From Octopus vulgaris (Eukaryota): a stretch of 64,000 nucleotides of DNA. Below the pieces are notes generated by a model. That model was not told where the DNA came from. It was given only the letters and a program-made list of their open reading frames with translations, and searched no databases. Below, in pieces: positions 1 to 12,528 of the stretch. A program made the translations under genes and the position numbers. Position 1 is the stretch's first letter. The number at the start of each line of letters is the position of its first letter. The DNA lies in NCBI GenBank assembly GCA_951406725.2, contig OX597815.1, positions 39,556,001 to 39,620,000 of the forward strand, given 5' to 3'.

Positions 1-354
1 CAAAGATAGCTTCCTTTCTGCCCATTTCTGGGTGCCCTTGCGTATCCTGACCATCACCTCGTCCCAGTTGTTAAATATCTAACGGTCTGGTCCAAACCAG
101 ACTCCGAACACTTTCACCGGACCATCTGTCCAGCGACAGAAATTGCCGCTAGTCAACATTGATTTGCCGCTCCAAGAGCCTAGTTGCAAACCCACTGATT
201 TGTCATAGTTTATGTGCGGCCCTATATACACCTGATATTCTTTCAGCATTGTGTCATTCGTTTCTAACTCCGAAGATCCCGAAACCATAACAGTGAAGTC
301 GTCCGCGTATGCAGACACACCTCTCCTGTGGCCTAGGGCCAGCGGGATATCCCT
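1..354 (-). mobile_element. L1/Tx1-clade LINE fragment (end of RT domain), decayed
   Basis: Minus frame reads VSAYADDFTVMV...INYDKSVGLQLGSW...VKVFGVWFGPD*..NWDEV...KWAERKLSL. YADD catalytic motif plus L1/Tx1-type downstream motifs, with an in-frame stop. Truncated by a SINE and the window edge. Confidence 0.85.
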
Positions 355-510
355 CTACGTTCTGAGTTAAATTCCGCCGAAGTCGACTTTGCCTTTCATC
401 CCTTTCGGGGGTCGATAAAATAAGTACCAATAGAGCACTGAGGTCGATGTAATCAACTTGACCCCTTCCCTATCATTGTTGGCCTTGTGGCAAAATTTGA
501 AACCAATATT
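355..510 (+). mobile_element. SINE family A (Meta/MESC-like central domain), 5' truncated
   Basis: gtcgactttgcctttcatccctttcgggggtcgataaaataagtacc core; the same core recurs more than 15 times in the window. Confidence 0.85.
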
Positions 511-847
511 TATAATGCTGCTAGTAGTGACTGCGAAGTTTTACCACTGGCGGCTTTTTCAAACTCAATAGTGACCACTGGCTAAATTATGCGTATGTAT
601 ATATGTATGTCTATCTGTATGTATGTGTATGTGTGTGTGCGTACTTTCTCTCTCTCTCTCTTTCTATCTCTTCCTCCCCCTCTCTCTTTCTCTCTCTATT
701 TCTATATCTCCTTCCTACTCTCTCATATTACACGAAAGTTCGCCAAGTTCTTTTAGAAAGGTTTGATGCTTTCCCGTCCGGTTGGCATTTGCCAACTTTT
801 AACACGGATGCAAATTTCAGGCGTACGCTCATATATATTCACAAAGA

Positions 848-881
<34 letters not shown>

Positions 882-1042
882 TACACGCGCGCGCGCACGT
901 ACACACACACGTACAAAACATATATTTTCTTCTCTTTCCTTTTTTCTTCTTACACACATTCACGAATTTACATTCACTGATCGCATTTCCACGCACACAT
1001 GCACAACACAAGCACGCCTCACACACTCACAAACATGCGCTC

Positions 1043-1278
1043 ATGTATGTATGTATGTATGTATGTATATATGTATGTGTGTATGTATGTATGTATATAT
1101 GTATGTATGTGTGTGTGTATTTATGTATGTATGCATGTATGTATGTATGTATGTATGTATGTATGTGTGTATTTATGTATGTATGTATGTATGTATGTGT
1201 GTATTTATGTATGTATCATGTATGTATGTATGTATGTATGTATGTATGTATGTATGTGTGTATGTATGTATGTATGTG

Positions 1279-1309
<31 letters not shown>

Positions 1310-1459
1310 GTGTATTTATGTATGTATGCATGTATGTATGTATCATGTATGTATGTATGTATGTGTGTATTTATGTATGTATGCATGTATGTATCATGTA
1401 TGTATGTATGTATGTATGTATGTATGTATGTGTGTATAACGTATATGTACGTATGTATG

Positions 1460-1493
<34 letters not shown>

Positions 1494-1750
1494 TAACGTA
1501 TGTATGTACGTATGTATGTATATATGCATGTATGTATGTATGTATGTATGCATGTGTGTATAACGTATGTATGTACGTATGTATGTATGTATATATGTAT
1601 GTATGTATATTTGTATGTATGTATGTATGTATGTATGTATGTATGTATGTATGTGTGTATTTACGAGTGTATTTGAATGTTGTATGTATATATAAATTCG
1701 TGTGTATATGTATATATGCTTGTATGTATGTATATATGATATGTACGTAC
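1043..1750. repeat. (TATG)n compound microsatellite with variant units
   Basis: Direct inspection; source of the MYVC-type ORFs. Confidence 0.95.
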
Positions 1751-1824
1751 TCCTAAACACACATTCATACGTACATATGTCGTACAAGCACTTACATATA
1801 TAATTGTAGACAAGACAGAACAAC

Positions 1825-1871
<47 letters not shown>

Positions 1872-2035
1872 GAAGGGCGTAAAAGAAAGTGAGTGAGAAG
1901 GAGAAAGTATGACAGAGAACTTCTCGTGTCGCATTTTGCAGTTAATTCTCTCCACATTTTTCCTTAGCTTTGTCCTTTAATAGGATTGTCACTTACAAAA
2001 GCGCCAAATAAACTTACACGCATACATAGGTAGAT

Positions 2036-2037
<2 letters not shown>

Positions 2038-2095
<58 letters not shown>

Positions 2096-2512
2096 TGTGT
2101 GTGTGAATTGTGCGTGTGTGTGTGTGAGTGGTGTGCCTGTGTGAGTGTGTATTTATGTATGCAGATAGATGAGTATATAAATATATGTTCGTAAATATAC
2201 ATATATGCGTGCGGGGAAGAATGGATAGATGGATGGACGGACGAACGGTTGCATGCATGGATGGATGGATGGATGGATGGATGGATGGATGGATGGATGG
2301 ATGGATGGATGGATGGATGGATGGACGGTTGCATGGATGGATGGGTGGATGGATGGACGGACGAACGGACGGACGGATGGATGGATGGATGGATGGATGG
2401 ATGGACGGACGGACGGACGGACGGACGGACGGACGGATGGATGGATGGATGGATGGACGGACGGACGGACGAACGAACGGTTGGATGGATGGATGGATGG
2501 ATGGATGGATAG
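2038..2512. repeat. (GT)n followed by (GGAT)n/(GGAC)n microsatellites
   Basis: Direct inspection. Confidence 0.95.
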
Positions 2513-2907
2513 ATGTGTTCAATCGTGCGTCTGTCTGTATTTGTTTCCCCACTGCTTGATTGTAACATAGCGGCCCGGCAATTAAAAAAACAAACTGTCA
2601 GAGTAAGTGCGTGGCTTAAAACAAGTTCTGGGGTCGATCTGTTCGTATGCACATTCCAAGTCGGTGCCTCACAGTATGGTCGCAATCCAGTGACTGAAGG
2701 AAGTAAAATGTGCGTGTGTGCGGGCATGTGTAGACAAATGTAGGTATAGCAAATACCATACAAGATATATTTGTGATTTATCTCCATCTCTAAAGGGTGT
2801 GTCACTGCTACCAAATGACAACTGAGAACAGCGCCATAGACGGAGGGGAGATAATCTCAAGAATCAAGACCTAAATTGACAAGCCATTAAAGAATAGAAT
2901 TGGAGAG

Positions 2908-2960
2908 GACAGTCTTGGACATGTGTTTCTGCATCAACAGGTATCATCAGTAGGACAATT
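2908..2960 (-). ncRNA. Degenerate minimal hammerhead ribozyme motif (Penelope-type)
   Basis: Minus strand gtccta-CTGATGA-tacctgttgatgca-GAAAC-acat-GTC-caagac: all core nucleotides present, but stems I and II are mismatched. Confidence 0.55.
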
Positions 2961-3220
2961 GTCCTAACCTATCTCCGAAAGTCAAGGAGCATCGGTATAT
3001 ACGAAAAGAGCAGAACACGTTTATGGTCAAGGCAATTTGCATAGATAAAATGAACTGAGAGACATAATTTAGTCGAGCCAGTGACACGTATATGCACAGC
3101 ATAGAGAAATAAAATACAGGTGTATCAAACGCGATACAACATAAATCCTTCATTTATTAAACCACTTTCCACTTCCAGAAGATGTGTTACAATTACCAAA
3201 TAGCAATAATATTTGAAAGT

Positions 3221-3435
3221 AAGGCAACGACCTGGCAGAATCGTTAGCACGCCGGACAAAAAACTTCGTGGCATTTCGTCTTTACGTTCTGAGTTCAAAT
3301 TCCGCCGCGGTCGACTGTGCCTTTTATCCTTCTTGGGTCGATAAAATAAATATTTATTGAACACAGGGGTCGATGTTAAACGACTTAACCCCTTCCCCGA
3401 AGTTGCTGGTCTTGTGTCAAAATTTTAAATCAGTA
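3221..3435 (+). mobile_element. SINE family A, near full length
   Basis: tRNA-like head (ctggcagaatcgttagcacgccgg...gagttcaaattcc) plus core and tail. Confidence 0.85.
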
Positions 3436-3463
3436 ATATATGAAAATATGTATGTATGTGTGC

Positions 3464-3502
<39 letters not shown>

Positions 3503-3683
3503 TATAATATAATATACACAAGATTTAAATATTTATCTCTCGCTGGACAGAGTAGTTTTTAGTTGATTCCGCCAATAACGGAACAGTACACTACATATGC
3601 AGATGCGTAAATATATATTTGTGTGTGTATACCGAGACAGACAGACAGAATATATAATATTCATGTGTAGTTATGTGTGTGTA

Positions 3684-3739
<56 letters not shown>

Positions 3740-3974
3740 GAGTTGAGACATAAACGCCAAAACACCAATTTCAGATAGAGCAACAGGTTCATTCACACAC
3801 ACACGCACACATACATAGATACACACACACACACGTTTATACATACATACAATTTTGTATGTATGTGCACATTCATATATACTCAAAACAAAAGCGCACA
3901 TGTTTGACACTCTGGAGGGAACGCCAAACTATTATTCATTATTTTTTTTTTCCCCATTCTTTAACAGTCTTCTT

Positions 3975-4150
3975 TAACAACCACCCGACAACCACCATCA
4001 CCAGCACCAGCAGCACCACCACCCCCACTGCCGCCGCCGCCGCCGCCACCACCACAACCACCATCACTACCAACGGCAGCAGCAACAACAGCAACGACAT
4101 CAGAGGCGGTGCTATCATATCACCATCACCGTCATTATCACTACCATCGT
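3975..4150. repeat. Mixed trinucleotide low-complexity tract (ACC/GCC/AGC/ATC)
   Basis: Direct inspection. Confidence 0.85.
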
Positions 4151-4429
4151 GAGCAACACCCTTTACCATTCACCAGTATCTCTCTCGCCCGTCAACGCCA
4201 CCACTACAAACGTCACCATCTCAGTGCAAACTTCCCCGCCATCGCACGCACCCAACACCCTTCCTCGATTGCTCACCCGCTTCAACTTTCATGAAGAACT
4301 TTCACCCTCTTCAACACTCACAGACAGATACACACACACACACACGCTCGCTCGCTCATACACAATCTCTATAAGTATGAGTGTGTGCGAGTGTCACACA
4401 TATACATATGCATGCGTTTGTGTGTGAGC

Positions 4430-4434
4430 AAATA

Positions 4435-4514
<80 letters not shown>

Positions 4515-4710
4515 CATATATATACATATATATATACATATATATATACATATATACATATATATATATACATATACTCACACATGCACATATATTTTTA
4601 TATATGTGTATATATACACATATATGTATACACACACATACACGAATACACATATATGTATGTGTGTGGTTGTGAGTGTGTATGTGTGTGTGTGTGTGTG
4701 TGGTTGTGTA
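4430..4710. repeat. (TA)n/(TACA)n/(TG)n microsatellite block
   Basis: Direct inspection. Confidence 0.95.
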
Positions 4711-5059
4711 TGTCTTTATGTACGCCCATGTTTTTCTTCTACCTTAAGTGAGACGTTTCTTGCCTTCTCTCGCGCTCTTCTTTTCTTTCCTTCCTTCCTG
4801 CCTCTCTTCATTTATGAAAGCTCGGCCGCTACTATTGCCAGCGTAAGAAAGCCGTCTAGACAAAAAAAATTTTTTTTCTTGGCTTCTTCCCATAATTATG
4901 TTGTCTATTTTGCTATTCATGGAGATATACTGAGAGGAGTTTAAAGCGGGTGAGGGTAAGAGATAAATAAAAACGAGACATAAAGAGGAAGAGAAGTAGT
5001 GGAAGGAGGAGGCAGAAGAGGAAAAGAAAGAGGAAGATGCTAGCTTTGTCTTCTTTGAG

Positions 5060-5265
5060 AAGTTGATCGCACGGCGCCGGCCCAAGTCCTCTCTCTCTCT
5101 TCTTCTTTCTTTCTCTCTCTCTCTTTCTCTCTCATTCCAATTATGACTACTACATTTTTTAAGAAGCCACCTTTTATTGTGTTCAATACTTACCAGTGCG
5201 GACAAGTTCCTCTGCCAGATACTAGTTGATACCAACCACTTCGGTTTCGTCACACCAAGGTAAGT
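5060..5265 (+). other. Candidate non-coding (5' UTR) exon ending at a consensus donor
   Basis: CAAG|GTAAGT with exon end at 5259, preceded by non-repetitive sequence with a CpG patch (cgcacggcgccggccc) and a CT tract; start position is a guess. Confidence 0.3.
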
Positions 5266-5739
5266 GTGTTTAAACACCCCTTTTTATAATTTTTTTCGGG
5301 ACAGCAGACCCATTCTTTCTTTCAGTTTTTACTTCCTTTTTCCTTGGTATTCCCAGCCGTGTTTGCAACAAGTTGAATTTTCTTTTTCTTTTCACACATT
5401 TCCTGTCATATGTGATTAACTGGCCGTGTGTACAACCATGTAATCCGATTGATAAACGACCACAGTACTGAATATCGTTATTTGCCACGAGGACGATAGG
5501 CTACAAAACAATCAGAACAAACATACAAACGAAATAATAAATATCATACTCTGGTTTGTAGAGTGTCGTGTGTACGAAGTGTGTGTGAGCGCGCGCATTT
5601 CAATAACTAAAATATATTTATGGGGTCAACCCTTTACACAAAATGCTACAGCCACTCAGAAAAAAAAATCGAGGTACGTCATAATAATTCGTTCAAATTT
5701 TGACTCAGGGCGAGTAAATTTTAAGAGTAATATTACTCA

Positions 5740-5885
5740 ATTGCATCGGCCTCAAGTACTCAGCTGGTACATTATTTTATCGACCCCAAAGGATGAAAGG
5801 CAGAAATCGACCTCGGCGAAAGTTGAACTCACGAAATGCCACTTAGTATTTTTGTCCGACCCTGCTAACGAATCTGCCAGCTGCC
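5740..5885 (-). mobile_element. SINE family A, partial
   Basis: Reverse-complement core (ttatcgaccccaaaggatgaaaggc). Confidence 0.75.
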
Positions 5886-5946
5886 ACTTTCTTACATGTG
5901 CACAAAACCACGTATTTGAAAATTGTCTCAGTACTTCACTGGTACT

Positions 5947-6367
5947 TATTACCTCCGTCGCCTTAACGAAGACGGAGGTATTGTTTTCAGTCGTGTTTGT
6001 TTGTTTGTTTGTTGGTTGGTTGGTTCGTTCGTTCGTGGACAAGATATTTCAAGAACCGCTGGATCGGATTCGGATCAAACTTTCAGAGATGTTTGACCTT
6101 GTGACTGGCACAAACTGATTAGATTTTGGGATCGATCTGGCATCGGACAAGGATTCTGGATTATTTTTCTGTTTTGTTTTGTTTTTTTTTTTTGTTTTTT
6201 TTGCTCAATTTTTGAGAGTGGTCGGGTTCATTTTTAGTGTTCTCGTTTGTGAGAGTAGTCGAGTTTTATTTCAGATATTCTCATTTTAAAAATCATCTCT
6301 GGTTAATCTTTGAGAGAATGTTGGTGTTGCCTTGGCGGAGGTATGCGCTCTCTGAGTGCTCTTGTTT
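5947..6367 (+). mobile_element. Non-autonomous Helentron-type (HINE/DINE-1-like) element
   Basis: 5' acctccgtc (5951) with an inverted copy at 5971, internal (GTTT/GGTT/GTTC)n, 3' subterminal inverted repeat ggcggaggt (6334), terminal hairpin gcgctc-tct-gagtgc, T-rich flanks. Confidence 0.75.
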
Positions 6368-7159
6368 TTATTGATTCAGTTAAAGATGGGAAAGTTGAAA
6401 AGCTATGTCAACTTCAACGGGATGAAAATATAACGAAGATTATACTTTTTAACTTAACCACGAGGACACACAGTTTTTTCTTCTCCCCCACTTTTTTGTG
6501 TGGGGTGTGGAAGAAGAGAGGAAGATAGTTAATTTAATCAAGCCAAGTATTTGACCGACACTTAATATTATCGGTCCCGGAAGTATGGTTGACGAAATCT
6601 TCCTCGGCGAAATGAAAATATAATGATATTAAATATAGTATTGAAACAATTTCGTTAAAGTTGTAGTAAGCAGATTGTTGACGTAAGCTCACAACATGTT
6701 TAACCCGGGTCAACCCTGATCAAATAGACATATGATTATAAACAGTGTAACCGCGACCAACCCGTTCTCTGGGGTCATGTAGGGCTACATTATCGAATAT
6801 GTCCTTGTCCTATTTAAAGCGACAGTAGATTATTTGAGGAAGATTTCACAGCTATATCTAACAGGTCGAACTACCACTACATAGTGTCTCCCCTTAGTTT
6901 CTCTCTCCCCCTTCCCCTCTCTCCTCATCTCTCTGTCGGTTAAACGTGCATAAACAAAACTGATGGGGTTTTTTTTTCTGTACACAAGAAATCTCATGGT
7001 GTTTGTTAACCGAGAGGTGAATCATCAAGTTGTCACGTTCATGCCTTTCTCACGAACATTTTAGTTGACAAGTTTGAAACGTTTGGCAACATAGGAAATA
7101 GAACCGGGTGACAGACGTGGTTCGCCGATCACTAAATCTGTCAAGCGACAGGCATTGAA

Positions 7160-8400
7160 ATTAGCATAGTGGTTAGAGTCGAACAAAAGTGTCATGTGGT
7201 ATTCACTTATGACCCTTTACGTTCTGAGTTCAAATTTCACCGAGATCAATTTTGCTTTTCAGCCTTCGGCGATAGAGAAAATTAAGTACCAGTCAAAGAC
7301 TTCAATAAACTTAATCGACTAAGCTCTCCCCTCAAATTACTAGCCTTGTGCCTTAATTAGAAATAGTTATATTAACTATTGCTAAGGCACGTGGCCTCGA
7401 ATTTGGGGACCATGGAGTCAGTCGATGCTCAGGATTTTGTCAATACACGGGTCCAATAATTGTTTTCAACACAGACATAATACATAGAGTTTAGGAAAGA
7501 GGTTAAGTAAATTACCCTCCAATACTGGACTGGTACCTTATTTTACCATGTACGTAAGGATAAAAAACCGAAATTGAACACGGCAGGATCTGAACTTGAA
7601 ATGTAAAGTGATACGATAAATATCGCAAAGCATTTTGTCCGGCGCTCGAATGATCGTGTCAATCCACAACCTAAGAAATAATGATTGTACCTTAGGTATA
7701 AGGCCGGCATTTTTTAGGGGAAGAAGTTAGTGGATTACATCGCCTGGTACTTATTTTATTGACACCAAAATAATAAAAGGCAAAGTTGACCTTGGTGATA
7801 TTTGAGCTCAGAGCCTAAAGATACGAGGTGAAGGCTTGATTGATTTTTTTTTCCGATACTCTTGGAGGCGATTTGGAAGAGATGTTAGAGTATACGGTTC
7901 ATTTCCCGGCTCTTTGCCATCTGAATTTAAATCCCGCCGAGGTCACATTTGCCTTGCACGATTCCGAGATCGATAAATTAAAGTGACAAGTACTGCCATC
8001 GATTTCATTGACTAATTTCTCGCCAGATTCTTTGCTTCGTGTCTATGGTAAGAGCAATTAAGGAGAAAGAATTGAGTTTCCGCGGGAGGGGTCGCACACA
8101 GAATCGCTAGCACGCCGGACAATATATTAAGTGGCATTTCTTCCGAGTTAACGTTCTGAGTTCAAATGCTGCCCACGTCAACTTTGCCTTTTATCTTTTT
8201 CGGGGTCGTTGAAATAAGAACCAATTGAGCACTGGGGTCGAAGTAATCGAGTAGAACCCCCTCCCCCACAAAATTTTAGGCTTTGTGCCAATCATAGAAA
8301 GGCTTATTGCCATCATTAACAATATTTCGACGCTATATTGGAAAACTTGTTAGAGCGACGGACAAAATGCTTTGCAGCATTTCGTTCGGCACTTTGCATT
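7160..8400. mobile_element. Cluster of about 5-6 decayed family A SINEs in mixed orientation
   Basis: Cores near 7240(+), 7560(-), 7770(-), 7950(+), 8190(+). Confidence 0.75.
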
Positions 8401-8409
8401 CTCTCTCTC

Positions 8410-8806
8410 TTTTTAATGGTTTCAGTCATTTGACTGTGGCCATGCTGGTGCACCGCCTTTAGTCGAGCAAATCTACCCCAGGACTTATTCTTTGTAAGCC
8501 TAGTACTTATTCTATCGGTCTCTTTTGCTAAACCGCTAAGTTACGAGGACATAAAGACACCAGCATCGGTTGGCAAGCGATGTTGGGGTAACAAACACAG
8601 ACACACAAACATACACACACACACACACACACACACATATATGACGGGCTTCTTTCAGTTTCTGTCTACCAAATCCACTCACAAGGCTTTGGTCGGCCCG
8701 AGACTATAGTAGAAGACGCTTGCCCAAGGTGCCATGCAGGGGGACTGAACCCGGAACTATGTGCTTGGTAAGCAAGCTACTTACCACACAGCCACTCCTA
8801 CGCCTA
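8410..8806 (-). mobile_element. SINE family B (CORE-like, tRNA head, internal microsatellite), full length
   Basis: Reverse complement of the 38170-38585 element; CORE-like ggcaccttgggcaag; internal (CA)n. Confidence 0.9.
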
Positions 8807-9044
8807 TTCAAATTCCAAATATACCACTAAATTTTTTTGAACCAATAAATTAAGTCATGGTCTAATACTGAGATCGATGGTATCGACTAACACACACCCT
8901 TAACATGTGCTGACATTGCACCTAAATGAGAGGCAATTATTATAATTTTCCACAAAGGCAATATGGTAACCAAACATTTCAAAACAAATAGTCGTGCATT
9001 GTTCATGTATATGTACTATTATGTTTGTATGAATATATGTGTCG

Positions 9045-9329
9045 AAGTATGTATGCATGCATGTATGTATGTATGTATGTATGTATGTATGTATGTATGT
9101 ATGTATGTATGTATGTATGTATGTATACATTCTGTGCGTGTGTGCTTGTGTATGTGCGCATATATATATAAGATTTATCTAGGTAAAGTGTTTATACGTA
9201 GATTACCAACATAAATATTATAGGTACATATTCATATATATACACATAAATACATGTGTATATGCATACAGGTGTTTTAATTTTACATATGTACATGTGT
9301 GTGTTTGTGCCTGTGTGTGCGCGTGTATA

Positions 9330-9394
<65 letters not shown>

Positions 9395-9570
9395 CACACA
9401 CATATATATATATATATATACATATATATATACACACATATATATATATATACACATATATATATATACATATATACACACACACACATATATATATACA
9501 CATATTATGTATCTATATATAAATGTATACAAATACAATATATATATGTATATATATTATATATATGTAT
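9045..9570. repeat. (TATG)n and (TA)n/(CA)n microsatellite block
   Basis: Direct inspection. Confidence 0.9.
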
Positions 9571-9924
9571 GTAACTTAGAATAACTTAGAAATGTTTTGG
9601 CCAGTATTGGCCCAGGCCATGTCTAACTTAATAGCATCACCTGTATATATGTATGTGTGTGTGTATATGTATATATATATATATATATATATACACTCAT
9701 ACATATGTATATGCACACAAACACACACATATATATATACACACAACACTATGCTTATATAAAATATATACATATACCACATAAACATTTACACACCCGC
9801 ACGCATGCACACATATACATACATTTTCAAAAATTCAATATGTATATATATATATATATCTTTACATACACATACACGCACACACACACATGTGGCCATA
9901 TAAAGAGTTTATATGTTTGCACAC

Positions 9925-10042
9925 ACGTTTCCGGGTGCTGTATTGTGTGGCACCTTGGGCAAGTGTCTCGTGCTGACCAAAGCCTTCTGATGGCAAGTGT
10001 CTCGTGCTGACCAAAGCCTTCTGATGAAAGACGCCCGTCGTG

Positions 10043-10045
<3 letters not shown>
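9925..10045 (+). mobile_element. SINE family B 5' half with internal 34-bp tandem duplication
   Basis: gtggcaccttgggcaagtgtc...gcccgtcg; ggcaagtgtctcgtgctgaccaaagccttctgat occurs twice. Confidence 0.75.
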
Positions 10046-10089
<44 letters not shown>

Positions 10090-10102
10090 CATACATATAT
10101 AT

Positions 10103-10139
<37 letters not shown>

Positions 10140-10141
10140 AC

Positions 10142-10192
<51 letters not shown>

Positions 10193-10228
10193 ACATACAT
10201 ACATATATATATACATATATATAGATAC

Positions 10229-10261
<33 letters not shown>

Positions 10262-10494
10262 CATATATATAGATACATACATATATATATACATATATAT
10301 ATGCATATATATAGATACATACATATATATACATATATATATACATATATATAGATACATACATACATATATATACATAGATACATATATATATATATAT
10401 ATACACATACATATTGAATTTTTGCAAATGTATGTAAATGTGTGCATGTATGTATATATATATATATATATATATATACAATACACGCACACAC

Positions 10495-10548
<54 letters not shown>

Positions 10549-10761
10549 ATTTTGAGGATACATATACCTGTTTAAAAGGGATGTCAACATCTAAGCTTCA
10601 CCGGTTTAATCTTGTATCTCGATGAAATGTTCAAGAGACCAGTAGAACTTAATAGTATTGGTGGTTATTGTTTAAAATAGGCACCAATTAAGTATATTAC
10701 GGAGTTTAATGATTACTACACTTCGATATATATGGCTATATTTCAATATAATGTATTATAA

Positions 10762-10979
10762 GGAGAAAATAGAGAGATTTAACTGATAAAATTCAATTTA
10801 TTAACATACTGTCAAAATTCTTTGTTACCTACAATTGTTTCCAAACTCAACTCATTCAATTATTAATTTATTAAATTGAAATTGAATGAGTTGAGTTTGG
10901 AAACAATTGTAGGTAACAGAGAATTTTGACAATATGTTGATAAATTGAATTCTATCAGTTAAAACTCTCCATTTTCTCC
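10762..10979. repeat. Long inverted repeat, two 100-bp arms with an 18-nt spacer
   Basis: 10762-10861 is the reverse complement of 10880-10979, with about 6 mismatches counted by eye. Confidence 0.95.
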
Positions 10980-10999
10980 AGATACATACACACATATAT

Positions 11000-11051
<52 letters not shown>

Positions 11052-11280
11052 AAAAAGGAGATGTGGAACACGAGTTGTGATATATAAAAAAGGAAATGAA
11101 TAAAATGCTGACAAAATAATTTAAGTAATTTAAGTAATTTAATTAGGTGAAAGTTCTTTTTACCGGTTGCGCATTTGTTATGCTTATCAAAAGATTAGAG
11201 TTCCTTTCTGATAGATTTTTTCCTCTTATCTATCTATCTATATATATATATATATATATATACACACTCACATATGTATA

Positions 11281-11750
11281 TGTGTTTGTCCTCCTAGCAC
11301 CACTTGATAACCAGTGTTGATGTGTTTATGTCCCCGTCACATTGTAGTTCGGCAAAAAGAGACCGATAGTACCAGATTTAAAACTAAATAAAAACTGTGG
11401 TCGATTCGTTCGACTAAAATTCTTGAAAGCGGTTGCCCCAGTATGGCCACAGTTTGATCACTGAGACAAGTAAAAGATTAAAGATATATCTCTTATCTTG
11501 TTTCAGTTATTAGGCTGCGACCATGCTGGGGCACAGCCTTGAGGAATTTTAGTTGGACTACTCGACACACACACACCCATACATATATATATATATACGA
11601 CGGGCTTCTTTCAGACTCTACCAAATCCACTCACAGGGCTTTGGTCGGCCCGTGGTTATAGTAGATGACACTTGCATAAGGTATCACGGATTGTGAGTGA
11701 ACCCGGATTCATGTGGTTAAGAAGCAAACTTCTTACCACACAGCCAGGCC
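11281..11750. mobile_element. SINE family B 3' half (+, 11281-11480) followed tail-to-tail by an internally deleted copy (-, about 11495-11750)
   Basis: cacttgataaccagtgttgatgtg...agtatggccacag...gagacaagtaaaaga, then the reverse-complement tail and head. Confidence 0.75.
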
Positions 11751-11882
11751 TGTGAGGTATATATATGTGTGTGTGTGTGTGTAAATAAATAAATAAATAA
11801 ATAAATATATATATATATGTATATATATACAACATATTTATGCATATGCGTATCTACATGCACATACAAAAAATATACATCC

Positions 11883-11948
<66 letters not shown>

Positions 11949-12312
11949 TTGCATAACACATACACATATATGTATATATGCTATATTCATGTTTCTCTTG
12001 GTTTCCCTCTGTCTGTCTTTTTGTCTCTCTCTCTATATATATATGTATATCTATATATATGTATATATCTGTGCGTCTATGTTTGTCCCCCAACATCACT
12101 TGACAACCGATGTTGGTGTGTTTACGTCCCCATAACCTAGTAGTTCGGCAAAAGAATAAGTACTAGGCTTACAAAGAATATGTCCCAGGGTCGATTTATT
12201 AAAATGACTGAAACAATAAACGAATAAGGGAACAAAAGAATATATGTATATGCACACATATATATGTATACAGATATATAATACATACACATATACATAT
12301 ATATATTGATTT

Positions 12313-12360
<48 letters not shown>

Positions 12361-12368
<8 letters not shown>

Positions 12369-12528
12369 GTATGTTTGTTCATTGTAATTCAAGTAGGTAA
12401 ACACTTGTATATAACATGAAATAGATACTATATATATACATACGCATATATATATACACCTGTATGTTTGTTCATTGTAGTTCAAGCAGGTAAACACTTG
12501 TATATAACATGAAATAGATACTATATAT
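12361..12528. repeat. Tandem duplication with about 93-bp period
   Basis: acctgtatgtttgttcattgta.ttcaag.aggtaaacacttgtatataacatgaaatagatactatatat starts at 12365 and 12458. Confidence 0.9.

Noticed and set aside
603-2814. Long ORFs (MYVC, DGWM, HPSI repeats)
   Set aside because: Translations of (TATG)n and (GGAT)n microsatellites that lack stop codons in several frames
3859-4169. Poly-Thr/Ala or poly-Val ORFs resembling a transcription-factor low-complexity region
   Set aside because: Trinucleotide repeat with no domain or clear splice context
7041-7156. Short element with atgcct...aggcat inverted ends
   Set aside because: Inverted match is too degenerate and there is no TSD
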